A stretch of 64,000 nucleotides of DNA from Octopus vulgaris (Eukaryota): NCBI GenBank assembly GCA_951406725.2, contig OX597823.1, positions 48,546,001 to 48,610,000 on the forward strand. Reading direction: 5' to 3'. Position 1 is the stretch's first letter; every line of letters begins with the position of its first letter. Made by a program: the position numbers and the translations under genes. Of the stretch, positions 14,730 to 29,589 are shown one piece after another. The notes beneath the pieces were generated by a model. That model made no database searches and was not told the DNA's origin. It worked only from the letters and a program-made list of their open reading frames with translations.

Positions 14730-15275
14730 AGCACCATGAAGACCAATTAACTGAAGTATTTCGGATTGCAAGACAGTGAGTGAGAGAAAATTGTGATGTC
14801 GTAGGAGAGAAATGTGTCCACATGGATGATGGTGCACTTGCTTTTAATGAGTCTGCAAAGAAAGGGGCTTGGAGATGCCTTTATGAAAGACTGCTGAACA
14901 TGGAGAATGAATGGGAGGAGGAGAATCTGCCAAATGTTAACCGTAGTAAGGGACCAGCTAACCGAATTTACATTACCCTAGTAGATAAAGCAATTAAGGA
15001 TTTGAAAATAGGGAAAGCCCCTGGCCCATCGGGAATCACCACTGAGATGATTAAAATATCTGGCAGTGTGGGTTATGATCTAGTCATCTGTATTATAAAT
15101 CAGGTGGTTCACGAAGGAGTCATACACAATAACTGGTGTAGCAGCACCATTGTCAACTGCTACAAAGGTAAAGGTGATACCTTAGAAATAATTACAGAGG
15201 TATCAAATTGTTGGATCAGGTGATGAAAGTTGTCAAGAGAGTTAGTCTAGATGAGATGCAGTTTGGCTTTGTGCC
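14730..15275 (+). mobile_element. RTE-clade LINE ORF fragment
   Basis: EVFRIARQ..RENCDVVGEKCV...KAIKDLKIGKAPGPSGITTEMIK...WCSSTIVNCYKGKGD..NYRGIKLLDQVMKV...DEMQFGFVP, with frameshifts. Confidence 0.85.
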
Positions 15276-15330
15276 ATCAAACCAAGTGCACCCATGCTGT
15301 GGCATGTAAAAAAAAAATCAACCTTTGAAC

Positions 15331-15612
15331 TTGGGCCTCATGGAGACAAAGTGACTGAGTACCTTTCAGGTGTTGAGCATCATGGATGCATAGTAGCTGA
15401 GTTCCTTTTGAGTGATGGGCCTGACAGAGGCAAAGTGGCTGAGTTCTTTTTGAGCGTTGAGCCTCATGGAGGCAAAGTGATTGAGTTCCCTTTGAGTGTT
15501 GGACCTCACAGAGGTGAGGTGGCTGAGTTCATTTTGAGCATTGGGCCTCATGGAGGCAAAGTGGCTGAGCTCCTTTTGGGTGTTGAGCCTCACGGAGGTA
15601 ATGACCAAGACC
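15331..15612 (+). repeat. 42-bp minisatellite, about 7 copies, in a retroposon 3' region
   Basis: Unit approximately TTGGGCCTCATGGAGGCAAAGTGGCTGAGTTCCTTTTGAGTG. It is followed by the RTE-type 3' tail ending (GAT)n at ~15900. Confidence 0.85.
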
Positions 15613-15900
15613 TTTGACATTATGTCATGTTTGAGAAGAAGACCCATTAAGCCAAGCAAAATCAGAGTCATGGTAGATACTGGTGTCACATAAATATGCC
15701 AGTGTTACACAAATGCACCAGTGACACATAAAAGCACCCATTACATTCTTGGAGTGGTTGGCATTAGGAAGTGCATCCAGCCATAGAAAAACATGCCAAA
15801 TCAAACTGGAGCCTAGCACAGCTTTCCAGTATGCCATTCCAGTCAAACTGTCTAAGCCATGCTAGCATGTACAACGGACATTAAATGATGATGATGATGA

Positions 15901-16620
15901 TATCAGGTCATTAAGAATGAAATGTCCAGTTTTCTTATGCACCAAGTTTGACAGTAATTAATTCTAATGTTTTATCCTGACAATTTTTTGTTTTATAATA
16001 TTGAAGAGTTACATCATCACTTTTCAAAATGCTCATGGTGTCTGATTATATTGTGAGTTTTATCTTGTAAATCAATATTTGTGAATCCATGGGTAAATCA
16101 AAAATTCGTGTTATTTATGAATATGAGTTCTGTCGTGGAATGAATGCAATGCATTCCAGATAGCTCGAAACATCAATGAGGTGACTGATGAAGATGTGGC
16201 AAATGAGCGCACTGTATGTCGATGATTTGAGAAGTCCCAGTTTGGTGACTTTACTCTTGAAAATCAGCACCCAGGTAGACCTGACACCAAGGTGGGTAAT
16301 GATGTGCTGGAAACTGTAGTGGAAGCAGATACTTCTCAAACTATGTGTGAGTTAGCAGCAAGGTTTGAAGTTTCAATTAGAAATGTATTGGACCATCTGA
16401 AATAAATCAGCAAGGTAAAGAAACTGGAAAAGTGGGTACCGCACGAACTGAAGGAGCATCAAATGACATGTCATTTTGAAACTTGCTGTTCTTTGCTGTC
16501 ACAGCATAAAAGGAGATCAGTTTTGCATTGTGTTGTTACATCTGATGAAAAATGGATTCTTTTCAACAATAGCAAGTGTTCTGCATGGTTGTTGGAAAGA
16601 GCCAAGGTGCCAAAATACAT
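15901..16620 (+). mobile_element. Mariner (DD34D) transposase pseudogene fragment, 3' truncated
   Basis: From ATG 16089: MGKSKIRVIYEYEF...IARNINEV...NERTV...GRP...KVKKLEKWVPHEL...VVTSDEKWILFNN. It carries the WVPHEL motif and the first catalytic Asp, with stops and a frameshift. Confidence 0.9.
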
Positions 16621-17272
16621 GTATGTACATACATAATCAATACATACATACATATTATATATATATTTCGTTTTTAGATTTGGTTTGCAAGATAAGAAAA
16701 TTAAGAAAAAAAGTGGAAACTGTACTAGTGAGTGTGTTATATTATAAAGCACAAAAAGAAAATGACTCTCCCCAGACACAATAGTATATATATATATATA
16801 TATAGATAGATAGATAGATAGATATCATAACACATCTTTAAGTGTGATACAAAAATACTTATCATCACTAATGAGTGTGTTTTTATCAGATGAATGATTG
16901 AGATGTAATGTCTGGAGTCTCCCAAAGATACATATTTTAATATCTGTACATATAAATTATAATGTTTTTTGTATATTTTGATGTTTAAAACTCTACACAT
17001 ATTTTAATAAGCTCCATTGCAAGGTACAGAATGCTATCATGACATTAACATCCATCTGTCAATAAGATATAACATTATATATACATACTGCAGGATACAT
17101 TTCACTATTTTGCTCCTTTGTAATGAAGCAGCACACTTTCATAAAGTTAATTCATTCAACTTTATTCTCGGAGTGGTGTGAGTCTGCATATATTTCACTT
17201 ATTTTGGTCATTTTGTTTGATCTGTGGCATTTCGTTTCATTTATGGAAACACATCACACTACTGCTTCTATA

Positions 17273-18273
<1,001 letters not shown>

Positions 18274-19472
18274 GTATATGTATGTATGTTTATAAGAACA
18301 TTCTTTCTTCACAGCTATATAAGACTACAACACCTTCAGTGTTTAACCCCTTCTGCTCAAAGTGGAGCAAATTTACAATGAAAATTCATTATCTGTGAGT
18401 TCTTATATCTGTGCCTCTATTAAAATTAGATTTGGTCATTCCATTTGTTCCACTGCATTTTGTCTCTTTTCAGAACAACATACCACGGAGTGTTGTGATA
18501 TTACTTTCCATTCAGCTAACATGTAGAAGTCAACAAGAACAAACTGTGGTTTGAGATACGTAAATATGTAGCCCCTGATTATGTCACATAAATTAACAAA
18601 TGTGTGTGTGTGTGTGTGTGTGTGCACATGGTTTCGCATTAGTACCAGTACCAGTGAGTAGGTAGTGATATAGTTAATGTCTAGCAGCTTGGCGATTCAA
18701 CATCTGAAGACAAGTGGAATAAATTGGCTTCCTTGAAAACAAGTGGAGAGCATCTACCTTTATAGCACTGCTTCAAGAAGTATTGTCCAACGCATGAAAA
18801 ATGTGGAAGTTGAAATGATGATGATGCCACAAACACACAGGTATATTCTTTTATTTGTTTCACTCATTTGACTGCAGCTATGCAGGAGCACTGCCTTGAA
18901 TGGTTTTTTTAGTCAAACAAATCAATGCCAGGACTTGTTCTTTGTAAGCCTAGTACTTATTCTATCGGTCTCTTTTGCTGAACCACTAAGTTACAAGGAT
19001 GTAAACACACCAACACTAGATGTCAAACAGTGATGGGGGAACAAATACAGACACAAAGACACACACACACACACATATATATATATACACAACAGGCTTC
19101 TTTCAGTTTCCATCAACTAAATCCACTCACAAGGCTTTGGTCAGCCTAAGGCTATAGTAAAAGGCACTTGCCCAAGGTGTCATGCAGTGGGACTGAACCC
19201 AGAACCATGTGGTTGAGAAGCAAGTTTCTTCCCACACAGCCACGCCTGTGCCATATATCGTTTATCTGTTTCAGCCATTGGACTACAGACATGCTGGTGC
19301 AGACTTCCTTGAAAGATTAAGTTGAACAAGTCAACTCTAGCACTTATCTTTTTTTAAGCCTTGTGCTTATTCTATTCGTCTCTTTTGCCAAACTACTGAA
19401 TTATGAGGATGTAAAGAAACCAACAGCAGTTGTCAACCTGTGCTAAGACATAAACATAAGCACCAAACACAT

Positions 19473-19592
<120 letters not shown>

Positions 19593-19817
19593 CAGCAAAA
19601 ATTTAGATTCAAATGAATATGGTACTTAATTTAGATGCACCAGAATTTTGTATGGTGTTATCCATAAAAGTCCGTGGGGTGATTATAATCAAAATAAGCA
19701 ACAAGAATGACTCCAGTCAGTGGAGGGACTCCACTACTTCATATGTTCTTAAAATTTAAATCCACATCTTTGTCTATATATCTACCTTCTCTATAATGTT
19801 GCCACTTGATTTGAAAA

Positions 19818-19903
19818 TTGGCTGATGAGTACTCAGCATCTTAAATCTGCTGTAATACTTACAACATTTAATAAAATGATGTACTACGAAACGATTGTAC
19901 CAA
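19818..19903 (+). ncRNA. Minimal type-I hammerhead ribozyme motif, intact core
   Basis: UUGG-CUGAUGA-GUA(long insert)UAC-GAAA-CGAUU-GUA|CCAA. Stem I is UUGG/CCAA, both core boxes are exact, stem III is near-palindromic (CGAUUG), and the cleavage triplet is GUA. Confidence 0.7.
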
Positions 19904-19935
19904 ATTACCGGAGTCATTATTGTTGCTTATTTTGA

Positions 19936-19973
<38 letters not shown>

Positions 19974-20774
19974 CAAGCTTTTTTCACTTTACATCTATCA
20001 AGTCCCCTCAGAAGCTGCTTTGGTTGGCCAGAGCTATAGTAACAGACAATTGCCCAAATGTGCCATGCAGTGAACCTTAACCCTTTAGTATTTAAACCGG
20101 CCATATCTGGCCCAAATATTTCACCTGTTTTATGTACAAACTGGCCAGATCCTGCCTCCCAAACCTATCCTACAATGTCATCCTAAAAACAGCCAATCAC
20201 ATCACTGAAATCTCAAAGCTAGAAGACAATGCATGATTAATTCAGAACAATGGGAATTTTAAAGCATGTGACTGGGAAGCAAACTTCTTACAATACAACT
20301 ACACCTGCACCTATATACATAATTACACAGTAATGAACACACACATACATACATACATACATACATAAATACAGACAGACAGACAGATAGATAGATAGAT
20401 ATGCAAACTTATATACATACATGAGGAGGAGGAGACCCCTTTGATCATGAATGACGATGGGATTGCACCTAGAAAGTTATCCTCCCAGGCACAAGTCAGG
20501 GCAAGATTATTTATGGAAGGCTAGCAGTCACCCATGCATACTAGCCACCCCTCTCCACACCACTGATGTTATCCAAAGGAAAAGCAAAGGCCGATACAGC
20601 TTGGTACCAGTGATGTTGCAACTCATTTCTACAGCTGAGTTAACTGGAGCAACGTGAAATAAAGTGTCTTGCTCAAGAACACAACATGTAACCCAGTCCA
20701 GGAATCGAACTCACAACCTCACGATCGTAAGCTCTACACTCTAACCACTGAGCCATGCACCTTCACACAATCGT

Positions 20775-21305
20775 CTGGAAGCTGTTCAGTGACGTGCAAC
20801 CAAAAGATTACCCTCCATCAGGCATTTGCCATATCCTGAACACCTTACTTCCCTGGGCATGGACACATTGAAACTCCGACGTTTGGCAGCTGACTTGGCA
20901 GACACCCATAAAATTATCAACCATCGTACAAACAATAACTCTGAGCACCTTTTCAAACTCCACCCATCTAACACCCGTAGACATATTTACAAAGTAAGAA
21001 AACAGCACAGCTCCCATGACTTCAGGAAACATCTTTTCACGCTGAGAGTTGCTGAAGCATGGAACAAACTGCCGGCATCAGTTGTTAGTTGTCGGAGCAC
21101 TGCATCCTTCAAAACTTCCATGCTTCCTGAGATTCGCCAACACTACACTTGATTTTCTCCCTCCATACACACACAAGCATGTATCTGACTCATACATTGT
21201 TCGCTTTCCAGACATTTCTACATTACTGCATGTACTTTATATGCACTTTCTGACAAGTTGTGGTGCACCTGAGCACTGTATACAATTAATTTCATTATCA
21301 TTATA
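20775..21305 (+). mobile_element. CR1-clade LINE 3' fragment
   Basis: LEAVQ*RATKRLPSIRHLPYPEHLTSLGMDTLKLRRLAADL...RKHLFTLRVAEAWNKLPASVV..STASFK, then a 3' UTR ending in an ATT-like tail. Confidence 0.85.
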
Positions 21306-24030
21306 ATCATACATACATATACATACACATATGTCGGTGTATCTCAAGCAATGAGGTTGGACTTTAGTAAGATAACAGGGTAACACCATTAGTAGGATAG
21401 GTAGATGAAGATGAAAGAAAATAAAATAAAATAAATAAAACAGGATAAAATACTATAAAAGGTAGTAGAGTACAAGGAGGTTGTATAATCTGTAATAGGT
21501 GGCTGGATATATAAGAATTTAAAGTTCACAGATATAAAAGCTTGAAAGCCTTGTGGATATAAACATTTAAAAGTTTAAGGATGTATAAAATTTTATAGAT
21601 ATAGAAGTAGGTATAAAAGTAGATAGGAAGATAAATAGATAGACAGATTGACAGACAGAATGATAGATAGATGGATGGATGGACAGATGGATAGATAGAT
21701 AGATAGACAGATTGATAAATAGACAGACAGACAGAAAGATAGATGGATGAATAACTAGGTACTTTGGTAGGTAGATAGAAGGGTAGACAGTTTACCCTAC
21801 ATATGGCATGTGATCCGGAGTGAGCCCTGTTGCTGAGTGTTATCGCCTATTTAATGAGCACTATCAATTTGAATGCATTCACTAAATAAGCTATAACACA
21901 CAGAAAAAGGATCACTCCAGATCACATACCTTATGTCAAATAAACTATCTATCATTCTATATATAGATATGTATGTACATAAAGCCTCATGGGTAGATTT
22001 AGTAGATGGAATCTGAAACCTGCTGTGTATGCACACACACACAATTTTATTGATCAGTCTATTTGTCTGCCACACTCACATGTACACACACACATACACA
22101 CACACATATACACACACATATACACACATGCACATAACAGAATTCTTTCAGATTCCATTTACTAAATCTACCCACAAGGCTTTGTATGGTCCAGAGCTAT
22201 AATACAAGACACTTGCCTAGAAGAAAAAACATATCTGTAATACATCAATAAAACATGTCCTCAAATAACAAATGTATTTACACCCGTCAGAAGGGGAGAA
22301 GATAGTTTAACTTACAGATGCAAGATACGTTTCAAGAGTTGAGCAACAAAAATTTAATGTAAATGCATTTTCCAATTTTTAATATGGTGGTATGTATTTT
22401 CAAGGACTTTTAGAAGTCATTTTTAGCAGCTTGACATGCCATATGGATGCCCTGCCTCATTGATTCAGTGAGTTTGTTAAAAGTGTTAATGTTGATAGAT
22501 TGAAATAATAAAGTTATGAAAATTGAAAAGTTGAAGTATTGGACTAACATTTGTCTTGTGGTCATTAATGGCTGGATTCAGTATCCCAGCTGCTTTGTTC
22601 CATGTGACTGACCTTTAGTTGTTTCTCTACTAGCTCCTGGCAGACTGACAGCTAAACTTATGAACACTAACTGAAACTTGTTTCTTCACTGTCTCCTGTA
22701 CATATTGGAAATATAACAACCAGTAAGGCATTCCTCTTTTCTTTCCTTTTTTTTTATAAGCTGTATTTTCTAACTATTCATTTTCTTAAAAAGTCTGTGC
22801 TAGCAAATATTCTAAATTTAGCTTTACCATTCTTGACTTGGCAGTTACAAGACCCACAGTCAAGTTCAAAACATTCTAAAGGTATCTGTAATGGTGACAG
22901 CATGTTTGAATACTCTGTAAATATGTTCACCCATATAAATTTCATTATGACCTTCATTTCAGGACTTAAGACAAAAATGAGATGCTACAGTTGTTAGTAT
23001 AGAGGCATGTATGTGCATAGTTACAGTTGTATGTATCTATACACATGTGTAAGTGAGAAATATTTGGGGAATGGTTTTTGAAAGTGTTGTTTACTAGCAA
23101 GCAATTTGGTCTGAGAGGTTTGACTATTTAGCAATATTCTATTCAAAGGGTCCTATTTACTTTATTGAAAACATAGGATAGTTCTTTCTGAATGTTTAAG
23201 TGATTTCTTTGAAAGGCTTGGCAGTAGTGGATGTTTCTAAGTTTATAAGTTTCTATGAATGACTTTGCATTAATGGGTTTGCTAAATTTATTCATTGTCT
23301 TCAAAGAGTTCAGTGATAATGGATTTGCTAAATTTGATTTGACTTTGCAAATCATGCCACTTAACAAATGTTGCTAGCAAGTTGGATAAATCACTTAGAA
23401 GATGGACTTTATGCTACTTTCATTTTGCTTGTATAATCTTGTATCCCTTATCAAGTCAAATACTGATATATATTACAATGGTGGAATAAATGAGTGCCTT
23501 GTTTCAAGAAAAAATATATGGGTCACAGATTTAAGCAGCTCAGCACTACACTGTTACTTTAGTCTAAGTTGAGTGAAAATGAATACCACCGTTAATACTT
23601 CAAGATTTGTTTTTAATATAACAGGTAAGTAGTAGGAGCAATTTGCAGCAGTTCAAAGAAATTTAGGAATTTGCAAAATAATCCACATCATGCCAAGATG
23701 GAAAACAAATCAAGAATACTAGTTTCAAATTTTAGCACAAGGCCAGCAATTTTTGGGGTAGAGAGTAAATCAGTTGCATCAACCTCCAGTGCTCAACTGT
23801 TACTCATTTTATTGATCCTGAAAGGATGAAAGGCAAAGTTTACCTTGGCAGAATTTGAACTCAGAATGTAAAGATGAACAAGATGCTACTAAGCATTTTG
23901 CCCAGTACGCTAACAATTCTGTCAGCTTTCTGCCTTAAAACAAATTTAAAATACTGGAAAGAAAAGTATACAATAGATTAAATCATTAACAAGTCGTTGC
24001 AGATTTACTCCAAATTTAAAAGTGACAAAC

Positions 24031-24224
24031 CTTTTCTGATTTGTAATAATACAAGCAGTTGTCCTTTCGTAACACAAACCATCGCTTTCTCCATGACGCC
24101 CTTTTGAGAAGTGGTAAATGACTGTTTCCTAGTTTGAGCATATATCCAGTCATTAGTGGAGCTTCAAGATCTCTGCTGTAGCACACATTACTTAGGCCAA
24201 CTGTGAGAGATACTTTGTTCTCAG
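24031..24224 (-). CDS. Pdzph1: Coding exon, end of PDZ domain and first half of PH domain
   Basis: Acceptor catgttttacAG, donor AAG|GTTTGT, 194 bp, phase 1/0: SENKVSLTVGLSNVCYSRDLEAPLMTGYMLKLGNSHLPLLKRASWRKRWFVLRKDNCLYYYKSEK. GYMLK...WRKRWFVL...LYYYK matches PH strands beta1-beta3. Confidence 0.95.
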
Positions 24225-24847
24225 CTGTAAAACATGAAGGAAAATGAAATAATATAGTTTTCCATTAAGTTTATTTATTCAGTTACATTTCTAGATACTA
24301 AGGCTGTAGAAGACGAAATTCTTCCAAATTTTTACAATGATATATTACACAAGGTCAGTATTGAAGTACACCAAAGTTGTAACTTATATCAGACCACTTA
24401 ATTTTTCTTCTTAGAAAAGATACTTAAAAGCAACAAATTTATTCTTATATTATTTCCACCATTTTGATAGATAACAAGTAGTTAATAGATTGATGTGTAC
24501 ATAAGAAGCAACACAGGTCTATGATTCTATGACCATATTACTTCTTTTAGAAGCAAGAATATAGTCATATGACCCTAACAGCCACATTTACATAGTATTT
24601 TCTGAAAACATTATACATATGTATACTTCGTTTTTGAATTTGGTTTACAAGTATAACATTTCTTAAACTTAAAAGCTACTGCACTATGATTTCTATTATA
24701 AATTGCTGTTGATCATCATTTAGAAGGAACACATAACAAAGGTGTCGGGAATATTTAAACAAAAATCAATAGTCTATATTTTTAACTTGTCAGCAGACAA
24801 TAAGTATTATGTTCCTAGATGAAATGTTCAATATAGTAGTTTACTCA

Positions 24848-25072
24848 AACCCTTAGCATTTAAACCAGCCATATCTGGCCAAAATATTCTATCTGTTCTA
24901 TGTTCAAACAGGCTAGATCATGTCTATTACACCTGCTCTACAATGTCATTCTAAAAATAAACAAACACATCATCAAAACTTCAAAGCTACGAGATAATGC
25001 ATGATTAATTCAAAACAATATGAATAAATAAGCATTGCATTTGACAGAGAAATCTGAATGCTAAAGGGTTAA
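24848..25072. mobile_element. piggyBac-like MITE (partial copy at ~20077-20265)
   Basis: TIRs AACCCTTAGCATT ... AATGCTAAAGGGTTAA with TTAA on the right. The same internal sequence (aaaccggccatatctggcccaaatatt...) begins after TTAA at 20077. Confidence 0.7.
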
Positions 25073-26192
25073 TGGAAAGAAGTGAAGTGGCAACCAATGA
25101 GTCATATTTTGAGACTGAATTTCAGAATCTGGAATTTATGCCCCAAACCTGTCTGTGGTTGATAATATTTAGCACTTTAAATGCACGAGTGATTAAGAGC
25201 TATAAAACCACTGAAGCTTTAGAATGTGTTTCAAAAATTCTTTAAATGTTCAAATTTATACATTATAACATGTGCTACAATTAGATAATTGATGCAAAAC
25301 CTTAAAAAATTAATTATTTCAATTAGAAAATTTAAAGAAGAGAAGTACATATTGCTGTGCCAGGAGACAAATTAGAAACTAAATATTTCAGATGAAGCCC
25401 TTCATTGGAGACAACATTGAAATAATTTCAGCTGTTTTATAAGACTGGAATCTTCTTTTATACAGCAGCTCTATATGTTGATAAGAGCCTCATAATTACA
25501 TTAGTTCACTTAATTCCTCATTTACTAAACAAGCACCATCTTAGTTTACTGTTTTTTATAGCATACTTATTAATTGATTTGGAATATTATAACATAATGA
25601 AATGCACCTCATTTAAACTCTAAGATCTAAATTTAAACTATAGCTAATACAATTGTTAGCAATTTATATTTTGTATAATCCAGAAAATATTTAGATATCT
25701 GAAACATGTATATATTCTTAGTGTAGAAAAATGTATCTGGGAACCATAACCAAAATTTCTCACGAAACTCTGAAGGTACTGAAACATCGTTTTAATTTAC
25801 ATGGACACTTAATCTTGATATTTTGTTAAGAAAACATAATTTGTAGTTACATAAAAATGCTGCTTAGTTTATGTGTGCAAGCTAGTTTGAATATCATGTT
25901 ATTTTAACAATTCTTTGTCTTTTACAGGTTTCAGGCACAGGACTGTGACCAGACTGGATCACTGCCATCTAAGACAGCTGATTACATCAACTTCAGTATT
26001 GAACTGAGAAAGATGAAAGGCAAAGGAGGTCACAAAAGGTTTGAACTCAGAAAATCACAGGATGTTTTGTCAAACACACAACTGATTCTGGCGCATCAAT
26101 ACTCTATTTCTTTACACCAAATATTCAAATATTGTAAGAAATTTAAATATTCCCCAGATTCATTCTGCAACACAAACAAACAAACAAACAAA

Positions 26193-26241
<49 letters not shown>

Positions 26242-26496
26242 ACACGCGCGCACACATCCTTGTTGCTTATTTTGATTTTAATCACCTTAAAAGTAGGTTT
26301 TGCAGTAAGCCAAGGTGATGATCTTCAAGTGCCATCCGGCACAGAAAGTAAAATCAATTGATACTGGGATATATACTATTCTCTTTGGAGTTATATATAT
26401 ATAAGCAATAATAAATCTCAGAGCGTGTTATAAACAGTAGCTACAACACATTGAGAAGTATATTTGCCATTTAAATATGGCTAACCCCTAAGGGGT

Positions 26497-26528
<32 letters not shown>

Positions 26529-27068
26529 GCAGTTCACAAACATTTGACTTGGGAATGGGCTATTTGTATCTCAGCATTTCCATTCTGCTAACCATTCCAC
26601 CTTTGGCATAGCTAACCCATACCCTAGATCCCCTACCACTTGCATTTAGAGAGAACAGGAACTCTTTTTCTTTCTCCAAACTGATATACTTTTGAATTCT
26701 TCACCTCAACTCTTCTACCTTAATTTTTTTCTTCTCACACACTTCATCATTATACACTACTCCCTCTATTTCTCTCCACCCCCACTTTCCCCATGCTACT
26801 TTCATGCATCCTACTCAAACCTTCCTACACATCTCACTCCACACAACCCTCTTGGCCACATAATAAAAGGCAGACACCGTATTTGTTATATCCTGTCCCT
26901 CCCATATCCTTTTTTATTGTCCATTGCATTTACACAAGACACACACACACACACATGCACATGCTCAAAATAAAGAAATCTCTCTACCTCATAAATTCAT
27001 AATAAAGAAATATTTCATTATACAAATTGTGATTATAGTGAAAATACAATTGGTAAAATAATACTTAC

Positions 27069-27179
27069 ATTGTTGAATAAGTTTTATAATTTCTTCAAGT
27101 GATGATTCCAGAACACTGACATTATTAATAGATACAAGTATGTGGCCAGTTCTAATCCCAGACTTTTCAGCAGGGCTCC
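27069..27179 (-). CDS. Pdzph1: Coding exon, PDZ domain C-terminal half
   Basis: Acceptor ttctttattAG, donor T|GTAAGT, 111 bp, phase 1/1: GSPAEKSGIRTGHILVSINNVSVLESSLEEIIKLIQQ. This is the typical PDZ GSPA-x-x-x-G-(L/I)-x-x-G-x-x-I-x-x-IN pattern plus helix B. Confidence 0.95.
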
Positions 27180-27817
27180 CTAATAAAGAAATATATGTAA
27201 TTAGTTATTGATAAAAAAAAAAAATCATCAGGTACATGTGTGGCAGTGTGGTAAGAAGCTTGCTTCCCAACTACATGGTTCTGGGTTCAGTACTGCTGTG
27301 TAGCACCTTGGGCAAGTGTCTTTTACTATAGCCTCAGGCTGACCAAACCCTTGTGAGTGGATTTGGTAGATAGAAACTGAAAGAAGCTCGTCTTTTTTTT
27401 TTGGGGGGGGGGGGCAGGTGTGTGTGTGTATGCAGGTATGTGTGTCTTTGTATCTATGGTTGTCCCCATCGTCACCGCTTGACAACTGGTATTGGTGTGT
27501 TTATGTCCTGTAACTTAGGAATTCAGCAAACAAGACTGATAGAATAAGTACTAGGCTTAAAAAAAAAGTCTTGGGGTGAATTTGTTCAAGTAAAACCCTC
27601 CAGCATGGCCACAGTCAAATGACTGAAACAAGTAAAAGAATAAAAGAATAGTCTATTACATAGACAAAAGCTTAAGTGAATTCATCTGCCGAAAATATGC
27701 CAAATGTCTAAAACGTCTGAATGGCAAAACAACAGCTTATTACATATCTTTTGTCTCTCACTTATTTCAGTCATTAGATTGCAGCCATGCTGGGCCACCA
27801 CCTTGAAGCGTTTAATT

Positions 27818-28083
27818 CAGTGGTTCTCAAACTTTTTTTGGCTACCACTTGGCATCCAGGTTGCATTCCTAGCCCACTCCCTTCCTCCACCACAAACATA
27901 GACCATTTTCTGCAGCAAATTCAAAACAATTGTATTTCATAAATAAAACTAAACTTAATGAACCCTTTATTTTGTTGTTTTTACAGCCATTGTCCCACTT
28001 TTGGCCGCCCCGTTATCACCCCACCCCTGGGATCTTTCTTACACCCACAAGGGTGGCAGTACTGCCCACTTTGGGAACCACTG
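27818..28083. mobile_element. hAT (Charlie/MER5-like) non-autonomous element nested in a SINE
   Basis: TIRs CAGTGGTTCTCAAA / TTTGGGAACCACTG and 8-bp flanks gtttaatt / ttttagtt (6/8 match). It splits a minus-strand SINE spanning ~27760-28460. Confidence 0.75.
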
Positions 28084-29490
28084 TTTTAGTTGAACAAACT
28101 GACCCCAATAATTATATATATTTTTTGTTTTTTTCTAAGCCTGGTAATAATTCTATCAGTCACTTTTTGTGAAAATGCTAAGCTACAGGGATGTAAATAA
28201 ACCAACATTGTTTAAGCTGTGGTGGGAGGACAAATACATACACAAAGACACACAAATGCATATATACACACACATAGTCACTCATATATACACACACACA
28301 CACTCACACATAATGGGCTTCCATCGAGCAAATCTGCTAACAAGGCTTTGGTCGGCCTGAGGCTATAATAGAAAACATTTGCCCAAGGTTCCACACAGTG
28401 GGACTGAACCCAGAACCATGTGGTTGGGAAGCAAACTTGTTACCAGACAATCATGCCTGCAGCTATAATCCTATAATATTCCATAGAATGCAGATTTTTC
28501 TTTTTTTTAAGAATATGTTAAAAAGGAAGAATTAATACAAATAATAGTTATTTTGAAGTGAGTGAGATTACTGAAATCAAAATAAGTCAGGAAAACATTC
28601 CAGAAATAAAATACGTATAAGGATAGATCGAATGACATCCTTTACTGCAAACTCTAACTAAATATCATTGTGAAAGGAAATTATTCGTTTAAAGTAGGAG
28701 AACACTGAGTGTAAGGAATAAAAAGAAGGTACAGCTGAAAGAAGATTAATATTGATATTGATTTCAAATTTTTGCACAAGGCCAGCAATTTCATGGAAGG
28801 AGTAAATCAATTACATCAACTCCAGTGTTTAACTGGTATTTATTTTATCAACTCTGAAAAAATGACTGGCAAAGTTGACCCCGCAGAATTTGAACTCAGA
28901 ACTTAAAGACAGACAAAATGCAGCTGAGCATTTCACTCGACATGCTAATGATTCTGCCAGCTTGACCCACCTTAATATTAATATTAACTAAAATTTGTAT
29001 TCTAGGATTCCATGGTAATACTTTACTGTAAACTATTGAAAAAGAAATATTTGCCATTTATTTAGGATTATTTTAGCCTTGAAGTAGTATTAGTATCTGT
29101 TTCATTGAAAATGACTTTTTCAAAGACTGTTCGTGAAACTGCTCAACATTTAAAGATTTATTGAATGTTTCTGTTATTAAATTTGATGTGCAGTCATTAC
29201 AGGCAAATGTAGTAGAAATATTTTTGAATAAAGGGTGGAGCTCTGTACAGTTGAGTAGTGGACAGGCCACAAAAAAGTACAGATTTGAATAATAATAATG
29301 GCTGTAACCATAAATTAAATCGTACTTAATGGTTTAAAAACACCAGAGAAATACAGTAACATATAGTAATGGTGTATATATATTAATACTTCATTGAATT
29401 AAGTTTTTTTTTTATTTATACTACTTCCATTTTTACTTGAAATTGGTTTCATTTATTTTATTTTTATTCATATATTTAATTTTATTTTAC

Positions 29491-29589
29491 CTGGATCTAC
29501 TAATGTGACAATAGTAGGATGACTATCCAAAATGTGTAAACCAAATTCTTCATCTGATTCTTTCATTAAATGCACTGTTTCTTCACATT
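29491..29589 (-). CDS. Pdzph1: Coding exon, PDZ domain N-terminal half
   Basis: Acceptor atttatttcAG, donor CAG|GTAAAA, 99 bp, phase 1/1: ECEETVHLMKESDEEFGLHILDSHPTIVTLVDP. EEFGLHI matches the PDZ carboxylate-binding loop and betaB; the exon continues to betaC. Confidence 0.92.

Noticed and set aside
15294-15689. Overlapping 107-aa ORFs with 14-aa repeats; also considered as a CRISPR-like array
   Set aside because: This is a 42-bp tandem minisatellite within a retroposon tail. It has no unique spacers and no cas genes, and the context is eukaryotic.
29073-29270. Minus-strand ORF near the PDZ exon; also ORF 23143-23367
   Set aside because: No domain similarity, and the PDZ frame is already completed by exon 27179-27069.
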